DNA of 64,000 nt from Octopus bimaculoides (GCF_001194135.2 NC_068993.1:63450935-63514934), one strand, 5' to 3'. Shown: positions 38,977-52,644, counted from the stretch's first letter. Made by a program: numbers and translations. The notes: generated by a model not told the origin, from the sequence alone.

Positions 38977-39229
38977 NNNNNNNNNNNNNNNNNNNNNNNN
39001 NNNNNNNNNNNNNNNNNNNNNNNNNNNNNNNNNNNNNNNNNNNNNNNNNNNNNNNNNNNNNNNNNNNNNNNNNNNNNNNNNNNNNNNNNNNNNNNNNNNN
39101 NNNNNNNNNNNNNNNNNNNNNNNNNNNNNNNNNNNNNNNNNNNNNNNNNNNNNNNNNNNNNNNNNNNNNNNNNNNNNNNNNNNNNNNNNNNNNNNNNNNN
39201 NNNNNNNNNNNNNNNNNNNNNNNNNNNNN

Positions 39230-39302
<73 letters not shown>

Positions 39303-39879
39303 AAAGATAGTGTGAGTAAATGAGAAAAATGAAAAGAGTTTCTTGATTTTTATGTAAACGGTAAAGATGAGTTTTGTGGGTGAAGAAAAGATTAAAAAAG
39401 AGAAAAAAGCAGATAAAAAGCATTGGGAATTGGTTGTGTGTGTGTGTGTGTTTTATGAGAGACAAAATGAAATACGTTCTGTTTTTTTTTTTTAAATTCC
39501 TCACCAATAAAAAAAAAAGAGCTGGTTTCTAACCCAGAAACAAGGCTTCCCATTGGAATTTAAACAACATTAACTACACATGTTCCTCTTATGTTTCATA
39601 TTTTCCTCCACTTATCTTCACCATTTCTCATTTTCTTTTCTACATTTATCAATTTTATGTTGTGGCAATAATTTCTGTTTTGACAGTTTTTTTTTTTTTC
39701 ATGTAGGATTTTTTTCCCCAGAATAAGAAGCACTATATTTATTTGCCAAACAGATTCATGCTTTTAAATGTTGTAATTCTTAAATACTTGTTTTGAAATT
39801 CAGTAAAAACATGTTTTCTTTGAAGATGTCCCCTTCAGTGGCATCTTCTGAAGAATTCAAGTCTTCATGTAACTCTTGC

Positions 39880-40130
39880 CCGACAGAGATTTTCTTAAAC
39901 TTTGCAACATCAAATTATTTGAAGCATTGAAAATTCTAATTTCTAATTTTGAGTCTTAATTTTGATATCAGATTATGATCCATGTCAACTTCTGTAGCTC
40001 TGATGACCTGGATGTCTCTCCCATCATTTAAATTTTATCTCTAGGTTAGAACATAAATAAATGGTAAGCTGACTGTGTCTATAATCTGAAAACAGATGCC
40101 AAAAGGATTCTGAGGAAGTTCCTTTTATTT
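39880..40130 (-). mobile_element. Degraded LINE APE-endonuclease C-terminal remnant (RTE-like)
   Basis: Reads RDIQVIRATEVDMDHNLISKLRLKIR..FDVAKFK, resembling DVRV.RGAD..SDHNLV.AKLRLKL..FDV.KL. Confidence 0.5.
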
Positions 40131-40289
40131 GGAAGTCAATTCTATGATCTCTGCTCCGTTTCATGTTCTCCTGTTAGAGCTAAGGATGCCAAATCACTTA
40201 TTAAAGTTTAAAATAAATTCCTTCAACAACGGCATAATGAACATTGTGTGACAGAATTATGGGTCACATGGTGCAGAGCTCTAATCCTT

Positions 40290-40790
40290 TAACTTCATTC
40301 TCTCTCTCTCTCTCTCTCTCTCCCATTCTTCCTCTCTCTCTCTCTCTCCCATTCTTCCTCTCTCTCTCCCATTCTTCTTCTCTCTCTCCCATTCTTCCTC
40401 TCTCTCTCTCTCTCTCTCCCATTCTTCCTCTCTCTTTCAATTCCTTCATTTCCATCATCTTTCACCATCTCTAAACCAACAAATCTCACTCTTTCTCTTT
40501 GACATCTCTCCTCTCTTTCTGTTATCACTCTCTCTCTCTCTATTCTCTTATTCCTCCACCTCTCTCTCTTCATCTCCTCTCTCCCTGCTGCTTTACCTCT
40601 CATACTCTCCTTCTCAACCCTTTTCTCTGTCTTTCCCCTTCTCCTCCTCTTCCCCCCCTACCATTTCCTTCTGTCCCTTTCCCTCATCCCTACCATCCTT
40701 TCTCCACCCCTCCCTCTCACCTCATTCTTCTTACTCTTTCATTCCCCCCCTACCTTCCCTCTCATCCCCCCCCCCGTCTTTATCTCCCTA
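40290..40790. repeat. About 500-bp polypyrimidine/polypurine tract including a (TCTC)nCCATTCTTCC compound minisatellite
   Basis: Plus strand is almost entirely C/T; the unit tctctctcccattcttcc is repeated about 5 times at 40310-40435. Confidence 0.9.
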
Positions 40791-41244
40791 CTTGAAACTG
40801 ATGGAGTCTGCAGCTCCACCCCCCATCGCCCCCCCACTCCACTAATAATTTCATCCCAGGTGATGAAATGATGTGATGCTGACAACACACAGTAGGCGAT
40901 GTAACAACATTGATGATGATGATGACAGTGTCTGGTAACTATGACGATGATGGTAATAATGACAGAGACTGCTACCTTCTCGTTAACGTGTTCCCAGTGC
41001 TGCAAGATACATTATTCACTAACGAGGAATAGTCCCATCGACATTCATAACAGCAACAGCAGCAACAACAACAACAACAACAGTCGTTTCTATTGTAGAC
41101 ACAAAACCTGAAATTCGGTGGGGGTGGGGTGGGGCTTATTACAACAGAACGGAACCTGGGACCTATTTCCATCAACCCTGAAAGGATGAAAGGTGGAGTT
41201 GACCTCTGTGGGGTTTGAACTCAAAACATAATGCTAACCTTAAC

Positions 41245-41280
<36 letters not shown>

Positions 41281-41282
41281 CA

Positions 41283-41455
41283 ACATTGAAAAATACCTTA
41301 GGAATGAGAACCCAGGTTTGAAATTTCCCCAAGACACCTGATGAAGGCTGGAGGTGTATCAGCCAAAACGTGTTAACGACAAACAAGATGAGGACAAATA
41401 TCCGTCGAATGTAAATAATGTAAATAATTCCTCATCCCTTAAACATAGCACTGTA
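41283..41455 (+). repeat. Short interspersed element containing a degenerate minimal hammerhead ribozyme-like core
   Basis: GACAC-CTGATGA-A-GGCTG(gaggtgtat)CAGCC-AAAAC-GTGTT at 41333-41374; follows a (TAA)n run. Confidence 0.5.
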
Positions 41456-42856
41456 CCCCTCTCACTACCTGTACCTACTCCCCACATACTCCCTTCCACC
41501 TCACACTTTCCTCTCACAATTTTGCAATTCCCACACCCACCCACCCACTCACCCTCTCCATCTCCATCCACCTGTACCATGGATGTCCACCCCATCAGAG
41601 CTTCACTCTCTCTCTCTCTTTCCCTCCCCCCCTTTCCCCTCTCTCTGAAGCAGCCATATTTCTTCTCTATGGCAAGTTACTTATTTCTGCCCCTCAATAC
41701 TCCCTCCTGCCCTCAGTCTAGGGGTCTTTTTTTTAAGTTACTGGGTGACCCTACAAATGCTGGTGCCACATATAAAGCACTGATGCTGGTGCCATGTAAA
41801 AAGCACCCAGTACACTTCAAAGCATTTGGCATTAGGAAGGGCATCCAGCCATAGAATTCATGCCAGAGGAGACAGTAGAGCCTGGCGCAGTCTTCTGACT
41901 TACCAGATCCTGTCAAACCGTCCAACCCATGCCAGCATAGAAAACACACTTAAATGATGATGATGTGACTTAAAGGAGATCTGACTGCTATTTCTAGCAG
42001 GTTAGTCAACAATGTAGAGGAGGTCTCCCTGCCCAGCCTGCAGGAGATGAAATTACTGTTTCATTGCTGTTATTTTATATCATCAATCCCTAAACACGCA
42101 GCTGCTGGTCCTGTTTTCACTCATAATTGACGTCTTCATTATGATCGTTAGGTTCAGTGGTTCGTCTCAGTGAGTTAGGCTTTCAAAAAAACTGTCTAAC
42201 TTCGACTTTGTTGTTCTTAGTCTGCTTCGTAAACCATTTAATCTAGGTGGGGCACCCTGCACCCCTTGCTTTCTAATATTTTTACATTTTCTGACTTTCT
42301 CTNNNNNNNNNNNNNNNNNNNNNNNNNNNNNNNNNNNNNNNNNNNNNNNNNNNNNNNNNNNNNNNNNNNNNNNNNNNNNNNNNNNNNNNNNNNNNNNNNN
42401 NNNNNNNNNNNNNNNNNNNNNNNNNNNNNNNNNNNNNNNNNNNNNNNNNNNNNNNNNNNNNNNNNNNNNNNNNNNNNNNNNNNNNNNNNNNNNNNNNNNN
42501 NNNNNNNNNNNNNNNNNNNNNNNNNNNNNNNNNNNNNNNNNNNNNNNNNNNNNNNNNNNNNNNNNNNNNNNNNNNNNNNNNNNNNNNNNNNNNNNNNNNN
42601 NNNNNNNNNNNNNNNNNNNNNNNNNNNNNNNNNNNNNNNNNNNNNNNNNNNNNNNNNNNNNNNNNNNNNNNNNNNNNNNNNNNNNNNNNNNNNNNNNNNN
42701 NNNNNNNNNNNNNNNNNNNNNNNNNNNNNNNNNNNNNNNNNNNNNNNNNNNNNNNNNNNNNNNNNNNNNNNNNNNNNNNNNNNNNNNNNNNNNNNNNNNN
42801 NNNNNNNNNNNNNNNNNNNNNNNNNNNNNNNNNNNNNNNNNNNNNNNNNNNNNNNN

Positions 42857-43165
42857 GGTGGTGAAGCACGACCTTCGAACATTAGGCCTCACCGAGGCAA
42901 TGGCTAGTGACCAAGACCTTTGGAAATCTGCTGTGCTTGAGAAGACCTGGCAAGCCAAGTGAGACCATAACCCATGGCCTATGCCAGGGGTGTAACCAGC
43001 CCACTTATGCATACCTTTCCTTCATTGGACACTAAACTCTGCTTGTGAAGACCTGTTGAGGCAAGTGAAATCGAAATCAAATTCGATGACTGGCATCCGA
43101 GTGTGATCGTTGCCAAAGCAGTTGAATGGCTTCCGTGCAGGTGGCATGTAAAAGAGTGCATCACA
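42857..43165 (+). mobile_element. 3' end of an RTE-clade LINE (ORF2 C-terminus plus 3' UTR), 5' part hidden in an N-gap
   Basis: Reads VVKHDLRTLGLTEAMASDQDLWKSAVLEKTWQAK*, like the RTE C-terminal V..DL..L...A.DR..WR motif; the UTR runs into the gtgcaggtggcatgtaaaag motif shared with the RTE-tailed SINE family. Confidence 0.7.
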
Positions 43166-44613
43166 TTCGAACTCTTAACCATGGTGTTCTCTCTGGTCAG
43201 TATTATAATTTCCAAGCATGACATCTTAGGCAAGTTTCTTTTACCATAGCCCCAAGTAAGCCCTAAGAGTGAATTTGGCAAAACAGAAACTATACGGAAG
43301 ACCTTCAGATGACGGTCTGCTTGAGGAATTGTGAAGAGTCCACAAGTCTGAGGGATACTCAGCCAGTTGAGTTCAGTTGATGAAACAACTGGAAAATTCT
43401 TTGTTGAAAGTGATGCACTTTTGGTCCCTTTTTTATTTGTTTCGGGCACAGAAGGACAAGAGTGGCCATGTGGTAAGAAGTTTGCTTCTCATCCAAATGG
43501 TTTCAGGTTCCGTCCCACTGCGTGGCACCTTGGGCCAGTGTTTTCTGCTGACCAACCAAGGCCTTGTTAGTGGGGCATTGAAGCATTTTAGTCAAATGAA
43601 TCTACCTTTTGTTTTTAAGCCTGCTGCTTATTCTGTCAGTCTCTTTTGTGGAGCTGCTAAGTTACAGGGACGTAAACACACCAACACCAGTTGTTAAGCA
43701 GTGCTGGGGGATCAACACAGACACAAAGACACACACACACACACACACACACATGACAGGCTTCTTTCAGTTTCCACCTACCAAATCCACTCACAAGACT
43801 TTGGTCAGTCCAAGGCTATAGTAGAAGACACATGCACAAGGTGTCACATAGTGAGACTGAACCCAGAACAATGTGGTTAGGAAGCACATATATAAAATCT
43901 ATTTCTTATTCCTAAAAACTAGCAGAAAACTAATCAGAGCCATAAGGTAGTGTTTCTGCTAGTTTAAAGAATTTAAAATAACTTTTTTATGCCTTAAAAC
44001 CAAGTTTTATTGCATATTTTATTTGTTTATGAAAAGTCAGTTTTTTTTTCTGCCATTTTCCAAACTGAGATGCCGCCTTAAGAACTTCTCAAATTCTCTG
44101 AGAGGATGCTGACAGGTTTTATTATTTTTGGTATTTAAATGCCTGTATTGGTTTGGGAAACATGTTTGTTACATTCTGAAGTCTTTTATTTGGCAAACAG
44201 TCTGCGAAACAATGTAGAAAAGATGAAGTGAGGTAATTGGTAAGTGATATTCTTTGGTTTGTGAAAGAAAAATAAAAGATCGCGCCATACACACTTATTA
44301 ACCGTTATTGCCAGTCAACTGAGAAGGTAATTAATCCATAGGGGTATATTTATATGGGTACATGGAAATGTAGAATGTATGTGAGGGTGAATCCGTATAC
44401 TTGTGTAGGTGTGTGTATATAAATTTGTGCAGTTGTGTGAGTGTGTAGATTCAAAAACAATTAGATAAATAGAACACACCCACTCATGCGTTAGGCTAAT
44501 TATATTTATAGATTGTCAATTAATCTATTTTCATCCATATATAAGGCCCTCTCTATATCTGTCTGTCTGCTGCCTGTTTATCTATCTATCTATCTATCTA
44601 TCTACCGACCTAC

Positions 44614-44663
<50 letters not shown>

Positions 44664-46457
44664 GACTGTCTGTCTATTTGTCTATCTATCTAACCATCTA
44701 TCTATTTATCTGTCTGTCCATCCGTCCGTCTGTCTATCTATCTATCTATGTGCACATTTGCATGTCCATGTGCATATTTCGTGTGCATCTTGCATATGCA
44801 CATGTGTGTGTGTCTGAATGTATGTTTGTGGGTGTGTATACTTACACCTGTACACACACATTATTGCAGAGTTCTGGTTTCAAACTCTAATTCATTAGTT
44901 TAGGGTTTTTCTAAAACTAATGAACATTTTACACCCAAAATGCATTCTCATATAACACACACACACACACACACACATGCACACACAATTGATTAAGAAG
45001 CTCCCTTCACAAACACAAGGTCCAGATTTAATCCAAATTTGTGGCATTTTAGGCAAATGCTGTTTTCCATGGCCTCCGACTGGTCCATGGAAAGTACATA
45101 GAAGCCCATCAGGTGAATTGTGGCTTTGACTCAAAAGGTGCAGCTTGGTCACTCACACACTGTGCCATGTTGATTCTAGCTGGTAAATACGTTTAAGGTA
45201 CATGCATCATCATCATCATCATCATCATCATTCAATGTCCATTTTCCGTGCTGGCATGGGTTAGAGGATTTGACAGGAGCTGACAAGCCAGAGGGCTACA
45301 CCAGGCTTCAATTATCTGTTTTGGCACGGTCTCTATGGCTGGATGCCCTTCCTAATATGCCAACTACTTTACAGAGTGTACTGGTTGCTTTTTACATGGC
45401 ACTAGCACCCATGGGCTCAGAAGGCAAGGACCCCGTCAGCTGAGAGAGAGGGGGAGTGGAACTGAGAGGTTAGAGTTTGACAGAAGGACAGAGGTGGCTC
45501 TTTTTACTGTTGAGGGGATACTTGGGTGCCGTAGGGGGATGAGGAAGAAGAGGACGGTGGGAGAGAGTTAGGGAGACAGTTGGAACAAGAGAGGGAGGGC
45601 CTACCCATAGTGAACAGTCAGGGGGTGGGGTATAAGTAATACAAAAAGCAGAAACATTAAGTACTGGGGTTAATTTGCTTGACTAAGATTTTTCGAGGAA
45701 GTTGCTCCAGCATGGCTACAGTCAAATGACTGGAGCAAGAGAAAAGATAAAAGATGCATGTGCGTACATATGTGTGTGTGTATGTACGTGTGTGCGCATG
45801 CATGTGTGTGCGCACGTGTGCATGCATGCGTGTGTGTGTGTTTCCATTATTATATTTGATTTATTTATTGTTTTGGTTTCAGCCCTTCTCTCAGATGTGT
45901 GTGTGTTTGTGTACATGTGTGTGCACATACACGTGTGTGTGCACATACACGTGTGTGTGAGAGAGTGTACTACGTTCTACTGTTTACATAAGATGGATAC
46001 AGTAATCACAAGATGCGAAGATCCCTTTCTGATTGATGCTGAGGGTTTAGAATTTATTCTTTTATAAACTATTTTTCTTCCACCATCCTTTTGTATTTGT
46101 TTAACCCTTTGCAAAGAGCAAACATCCTGAAGAGAAAACATCCTGTATGCATTTGCGTGGATGGAGAGAGAGAGTCTGGAGCGATGCCAAGAGCCAGGTT
46201 GATGGAGTCCCAGATGATGGTTATTTCCTTGTTTCGAAAACAACTTCCAACAACAAACCCAGATGTTCACCAATTCCTCTTTTCACTTTCACCTGTCTAC
46301 ATAATACACACTTTACTCCTGTGAGTCAATGAAGTAGCTTCCATGTGAGGATTTCAGCTTGCAAGAAATGGTAGTTAAATCAGCGTCAAAAGCTCATTGA
46401 ACTTCTTGGCTACACAGACATCCCTCTATGTATGTATGTATCTACACACACACGCTT

Positions 46458-46634
46458 CTATTGAACAGTGAGAATGAGTGTTCAACAACCAGTGGTAGAT
46501 AAATATTCTTTATTTGTAGAGGACTACCATAGGTTTCATGCAGAGGACTACCATTGGTTTCATGCAGAGAGAAATCTCTAAATAGATATCAAACTTGCCT
46601 CATAGAATGTAGGTACTCGTCTTCCTCTTCAGGA
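46458..46634. repeat. Second copy of the structured repeat, with a 24-bp internal tandem duplication and a terminal hairpin
   Basis: Similar to 409-570; GAGGACTACCAT.GGTTTCATGCA x2 at 46520-46567; hairpin GGTACTCGTCT(T)CCT-cttc-AGGAGACGAGTACC. Confidence 0.75.
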
Positions 46635-47889
46635 GACGAGTACCAAATAAAAGAAGCACAAGTGTTAATCTTATTATTGATATTATAATCGAGTTTTGGA
46701 AGTATTCAGTTCTGATTTGGAATCCAACTGGATTGATATTGCTTTCTCTCTCTCTCTTCTAGGCTGATAAATATCAGTAATGTACTGGGGGCCTGACTGA
46801 ATCAGCTTTATGCTCCTCTTTTAGAATTGTGTCTGACTCGGGGTCAATAAAGAGAAGGACATCTTATGCGTATTATGTCTGCAAAAACAAGTTGAGATGG
46901 TCACAATTGGAATGTTTTTGAACATGGGGTTTGTTAGATCTGATTTGACTGGGAGGGGGGATCGACAACGAGAAAGGAAAGACATATTGAAGAATACTTT
47001 TGATAACAAGTCTGCTGGATCAGGGCTGACCTGGGGTTAAACAACAACAACAACAACAACAGGTGTATTCCACTTTGTTATTGATGCTCTCGAGACAGGC
47101 ATGAATGTTACAGCATCTCATGCTCTGTTCTGTCTTAGAAAGAATTACCAAACTCTCTCTCTCTCTCTCTCTACATAAGAAAGCAATTAAACATTAAAAA
47201 AACAAGTAAAAAAAAAAACAGTNNNNNNNNNNNNNNNNNNNNNNNNNNNNNNNNNNNNNNNNNNNNNNNNNNNNNNNNNNNNNNNNNNNNNNNNNNNNNN
47301 NNNNNNNNNNNNNNNNNNNNNNNNNNNNNNNNNNNNNNNNNNNNNNNNNNNNNNNNNNNNNNNNNNNNNNNNNNNNNNNNNNNNNNNNNNNNNNNNNNNN
47401 NNNNNNNNNNNNNNNNNNNNNNNNNNNNNNNNNNNNNNNNNNNNNNNNNNNNNNNNNNNNNNNNNNNNNNNGGGGGGGAGTGAGCGAATGATGAAAAGTG
47501 AAAGTAAGAAAGGAAGGGAGGAAGAAGAAAAGAAGTTCGTGGGAGGGGAGTAGGTGGAGGGAAGTGGAGCAAAGCAAAAGTCAAATAAGCACAGCAACAG
47601 TAGTGATGCTGATGCTGATGATGATGCTAATGATGATGATGATGCTGATGATGACGACAATAACAAAAAAGAGTAAATCCAATTAAAAAAGATGGTGTTG
47701 AGATTAACATGATGAATACATATGAATGGATGTACTGCATCTGTTCCTGCTTACAAGAATACAGGAATAGGACATGGTTGCATCGCATCTATCTATGCAT
47801 ACATACATGTAGATGCATGTTTATATACATATATATATATATGTTTATGCATCTATATATATGCATGTATGTGCATATATATATATATA

Positions 47890-48100
47890 TTAGGTTGGTG
47901 CATAATTATTGTGGGTTTTTTTCAATAAATTTTATTCAACAAAAAATTTTAACAAAATGCCAATTTAACCAAAACGCCAAGCAGCAATTGAAGTAGATGG
48001 TGAATATGCTCTGGAATAATCATTTAAAAATGCTTTTGATAAATGTTATTGTTTTGTTGAATAAAATTCGTTGAAAAAAAGCCGCAATAAATATGCATCA
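47890..48100. mobile_element. Mariner-derived MITE (internally deleted element)
   Basis: Left TIR TTAGGTTGGTGCATAATTATTGTGGGTTTTTTTCAATAAATTTTATTCAAC vs reverse complement of 48051-48100; interior encodes KRQAAIEVDGEYALE*, a mariner transposase C-terminus; inserted in a (TA)n run; right TIR lacks its outermost bases. Confidence 0.85.
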
Positions 48101-48462
48101 TGTTTTCTGTATGTTCTACATGGAATACAACTCATATATCACGTATTAAATCCGAACTGTGAGATCACCACATACATCATCCTTTGAATGCTATGCAATG
48201 CACGTGGCCCTTTCTCCTGTGGCCTAATGAGGTAGTTGTCAAGTGTACAGGGATCCTTAGAACATACAGAAAATAGCAGACAGAAAATGGCACCGCTAAT
48301 CTCACTACACTTATTGCATAATACTACAGAAGAAGAGGGACTCTGGCAAACAGAAAACCATAGGGGAAAATTGTATGTAACCAAGGTGCACAGAGCTGCA
48401 CTCTGTTATGCAGTGAAGATAAACGGTTAAAATGAGACGAGAATAATAATAATAATATTTTA

Positions 48463-48670
48463 ATTTCTTTATTGCCCACAGGGGGCTAAACAAGGACAGA
48501 CAACGGGATTACGTCGATTACATCAACCCCAGTACATAACTGGTACTTATTTAATCGACCCCGAAAGAATGAAAGGTAAAGCCAATCTCGGTGGAATTTG
48601 AACTCAGAATGTAATGGCAGACGAAATATTGCTAAGCATTTTGCCCGGCGCCCTAACGATTCTGCCAGCT
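48463..48670 (-). mobile_element. tRNA-derived SINE family A (octopus OK-like), well-preserved copy; other copies about 5025-5156(+), 14690-14860(-), 27150-27452(+), 36290-36410(-), 41150-41230(-), 49385-49480(+), 52950-53115(+)
   Basis: Pol III-like boxes TGGCAGAATCGTTAG and GAGTTCAAATTCC, then tttcatcctttcggggtcgat..aagtaccagt..ctggggt.gatgtaatcgac; many similar copies in the window. Confidence 0.85.
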
Positions 48671-48706
48671 GATGATGATGATGATGAAAGCTACATTTTC
48701 TCTCCC

Positions 48707-48737
<31 letters not shown>

Positions 48738-49494
48738 GCTGCTATCTCTGGTATATTTTGAAATCTGGTTCAGAAGAAAATCTGTCAAAAGACCCTTTCC
48801 CCATCACCAGCCCCACCACCTCCAAGAAAAAACATCAACCACTTTGTTGTTGTTGCTGTTATTGTTGTATCTATCATGTCCGCCAGTCACAGTCCTCATC
48901 ACCATGGTGATGTTATTGTCATTGTTGTTGTTTTTTTTCCCTAGGCTTTGTATTTTTGAATAGTCTGTCCCTTTAATGTATTCCTTCCAGAACAGGCAGA
49001 CGGAGGTGGCGGTGGGGGAAGGGGGATGATCCTCCCTTAGACCACCAACAGGTTTTGGCTGCTGCACTGACTTATATTTTTTTAAATTTTTTTATTTCCT
49101 CTTTTATATTTTGTTTTTTACTTCTTGTGAGAGTCTAAGACCAGAAGGAAGTCTTTGATTGATCACTTCCTGTCTGGGGACAGTGTCAAGAATATCAAAC
49201 AGGTATTGAGAATCAATGGCATTACTTCATTTGGTTGCTAAAAGACTTCATGTAACGAGCCAAATGATTTTTAATTTAGCGACACTTACATTTGTATTGT
49301 GCGAAATAATCATTATCTGATACAGAAAGTGTGGGGGGGGGGNNNNNNNNNNNNNNNNNNGGGTGTTATAAGTTGAGTTTTTACTCGGTCCAAGTCTCTG
49401 CATTCTGAGTTCAAATCACACCAAGTTCTAATTTGCCTTGGATTTTCTGGAATCGATAAAGTCTCAAATACTGGGATCAATTCTCTCCCTCTCC

Positions 49495-49556
<62 letters not shown>

Positions 49557-50465
49557 TTATTGTTTGTTTTTTAAGTACTGAAGTTGGACTAAAAATGCTT
49601 CAAAGTGGTGCCCCAGCATGGCAGCAGTCTAGTAACAGAAAGAAGCAAAAGAAAAAAGAAAAGAGGAAGCAACAAAAAGAATAGAGAAGGAATTGGTTGA
49701 TGGATTTGAAAGGGGCAGTGGGAGATTTGTGGTGAGAATGGAATCAAGAAATGGTAAACTGGGAAGAAAAAGGAGAGGAAAGTAGACAGGCAGAGACGAC
49801 ACAGGGAGGGGGATGCAGGCACAAGTGCCCCTCCCCCCCCCACTCCTCAAAAAGTGTTCCATAATTAGAGATCAATGTCGTTAGTATAATTTATTTATGG
49901 AGTAAGCAGAGTGTGTGAGTGTGTGTGTGTGTGTGTGAGTGTGTTTAGAATCAATGTTTTCTTTGGAGATGAAATACATCAGCACTTTCTCTATAAAGTG
50001 TTACATGCACAAACAGACACACACACACACACACACACGCAAACACACACACGCACACACACACACACATGCACACACTTCAAAGTCCTCTCACATACTT
50101 CTCCTTGTGTTGTCTCTTTGATCCTCACATATACCTACCCAGATAACAACAATACCCCTTTACCTACCCAGATAGTAACAATACCCCCCACCCCCATAAC
50201 CCTTGTTAATCCTGCTGCATTCCCACCACCACCACACCGCCATCTCCAATGCGGTTTCACTTCATTTCTACCATTGTTTATATTATATTGTGGAATCTAT
50301 TTATCCAGAAATAAAACCCTGGGTACACAATACCCTTTGCAGCTTACTGGCAACACTCTACTTCATCTAGAACCACCACCACCACCACCACCACCACATA
50401 TTACTTTAGGCTTCTCTCGGTCTCCACAACTCAGAGAAGACTCTTTACTGAACACACATGCATGC

Positions 50466-50500
<35 letters not shown>

Positions 50501-51187
50501 GTGTCTCATTGCATGCATATGTATGACATCATCTGTGTCTGCATTTATAGGTAATCAAATATGCGTATAAACGTGTGTCTGCACACACACACACACACAT
50601 GCACGTGCATACCTAATATATATAATCTGTATGTATATATATGTATGCGTGTATGCGTGTGTGTGTGTGCGTGTGAGTATCAGTAGACGTATGTGTGCGT
50701 ACCTATTGATGATTTAACAAGTGCCATAACTCATGCAACCCAATACGCCATCTGGGCAAAAATTCTTCTTTCTATTTTTCTTCTCTTCTTAGTTGATGCG
50801 GATGGTTTGCAATAGTTAGAACTCTCTTTACTATTATTATTATTATTATTATTATGATTGTTATTATTATTATTACTATGTTGTTACCAATTATGATGAT
50901 GATGATGATGATGATGTTGAGGCTGTTGATAATGGTTTCTTGTTAAATAAACATTAAGGAAGCTGACAGAGTGGAGCAGAGCATCTTATTTGAGCTGAAT
51001 TACTTATTGTTGTTTTTTGTGATTTCCTTGTCTGTTTGTTTTGGTTTGTTTGTCTTTCTTTTTTTATACTTTTTAAAAGGTGTAATGTTTAACATCGTCT
51101 TCTTTCTCTTTTCTCAGCCTCTCATCTCACTGTTCATCTGTATACCTCACGCTCTCATATGTAAACATATATCTATGCACAAATATA

Positions 51188-51231
<44 letters not shown>

Positions 51232-52644
51232 ATTGTGTTATATATATGTATATATACATACATACACACACACACATATACATATACAACAGAAATAAAG
51301 GACACATATATACATACATATATACATACATATATACAATTTTTACTACTATTGAATATCCCAAGTTCTGTCATATAATATATACAGACAAGGAGTATAA
51401 ACATGTACCTTATAATGTTAATAATAATAATAATAATGATAATAATAATAATAATAACAATGATGATGATGATGATGATGATGATGATAGTAAAGCCCTA
51501 CCGACCATGTTCAGTGTTCTCAAATTTTGTTGTTGCAAGTGTTGTGCAATTCAAAGAGTTCTTCTTTTTGTCCCTTTCTTCTTCTTGTTATGCTTTTTTT
51601 TTAAGGTTAAACAAGTACTCTTGTTGTTGTTGTTGTTGTTTAGTCCCAGGTCAGGTTTGATTGAATGAATTCTAATCAAATGTACTCCAGCCTTGACCAC
51701 TTCACTGGTGGTTTACCAAAAAAAAAAAAAACAGCTCCCCTTTGCAACCATGTGGTTCTAGGTTTGATACTGCTGTGCAATACCTTGAATAAATGTCTTT
51801 TATTGTAGCAAAAACTTTGTGAATAGAATATGGTAAATGGAAACTGTGTGCTAAGATGTGTGTGTGTGTGTGTGTGNNNNNNNNNNNNNNNNNNNNNNNN
51901 NNNNNNNNNNNNNNNNNNNNNNNNNNNNNNNNNNNNNNNNNNNNNNNNNNNNNNNNNNNNNNNNNNNNNNNNNNNNNNNNNNNNNNNNNNNNNNNNNNNN
52001 NNNNNNNNNNNNNNNNNNNNNNNNNNNNNNNNNNNNNNNNNNNNNNNNNNNNNNNNNNNNNNNNNNNNNNNNNNNNNNNNNNNNNNNNNNNNNNNNNNNN
52101 NNNNNNNNNNNNNNNNNNNNNNNNNNNNNNNNNNNNNNNNNNNNNNNNNNNNNNNNNNNNNNNNNNNNNNNNNNNNNNNNNNNNNNNNNNNNNNNNNNNN
52201 NNNNNNNNNNNNNNNNNNNNNNNNNNNNNNNNNNNNNNNNNNNNNNNNNNNNNNNNNNNNNNNNNNNNNNNNNNNNNNNNNNNNNNNNNNNNNNNNNNNN
52301 NNNNNNNNNNNNNNNNNNNNNNNNNNNNNNNNNNNNNNNNNNNNNNNNNNNNNNNNNNNNNNNNNNNNNNNNNNNNNNNNNNNNNNNNNNNNNNNNNNNN
52401 NNNNNNNNNNNNNNNNNNNNNNNNNNNNNNNNNNNNNNNNNNNNNNNNNNNNNNNNNNNNNNNNNNNNNNNNNNNNNNNNNNNNNNNNNNNNNNNNNNNN
52501 NNNNNNNNNNNNNNNNNNNNNNNNNNNNNNNNNNNNNNNNNNNNNNGGGGGGGGGGGGAGAGTGGGAATTGTGATAGGCAAGACTGATCAAAAGCACGCC
52601 ATCCATGACCAACACAACATTTGGTATTTATACATTGTTTAATG

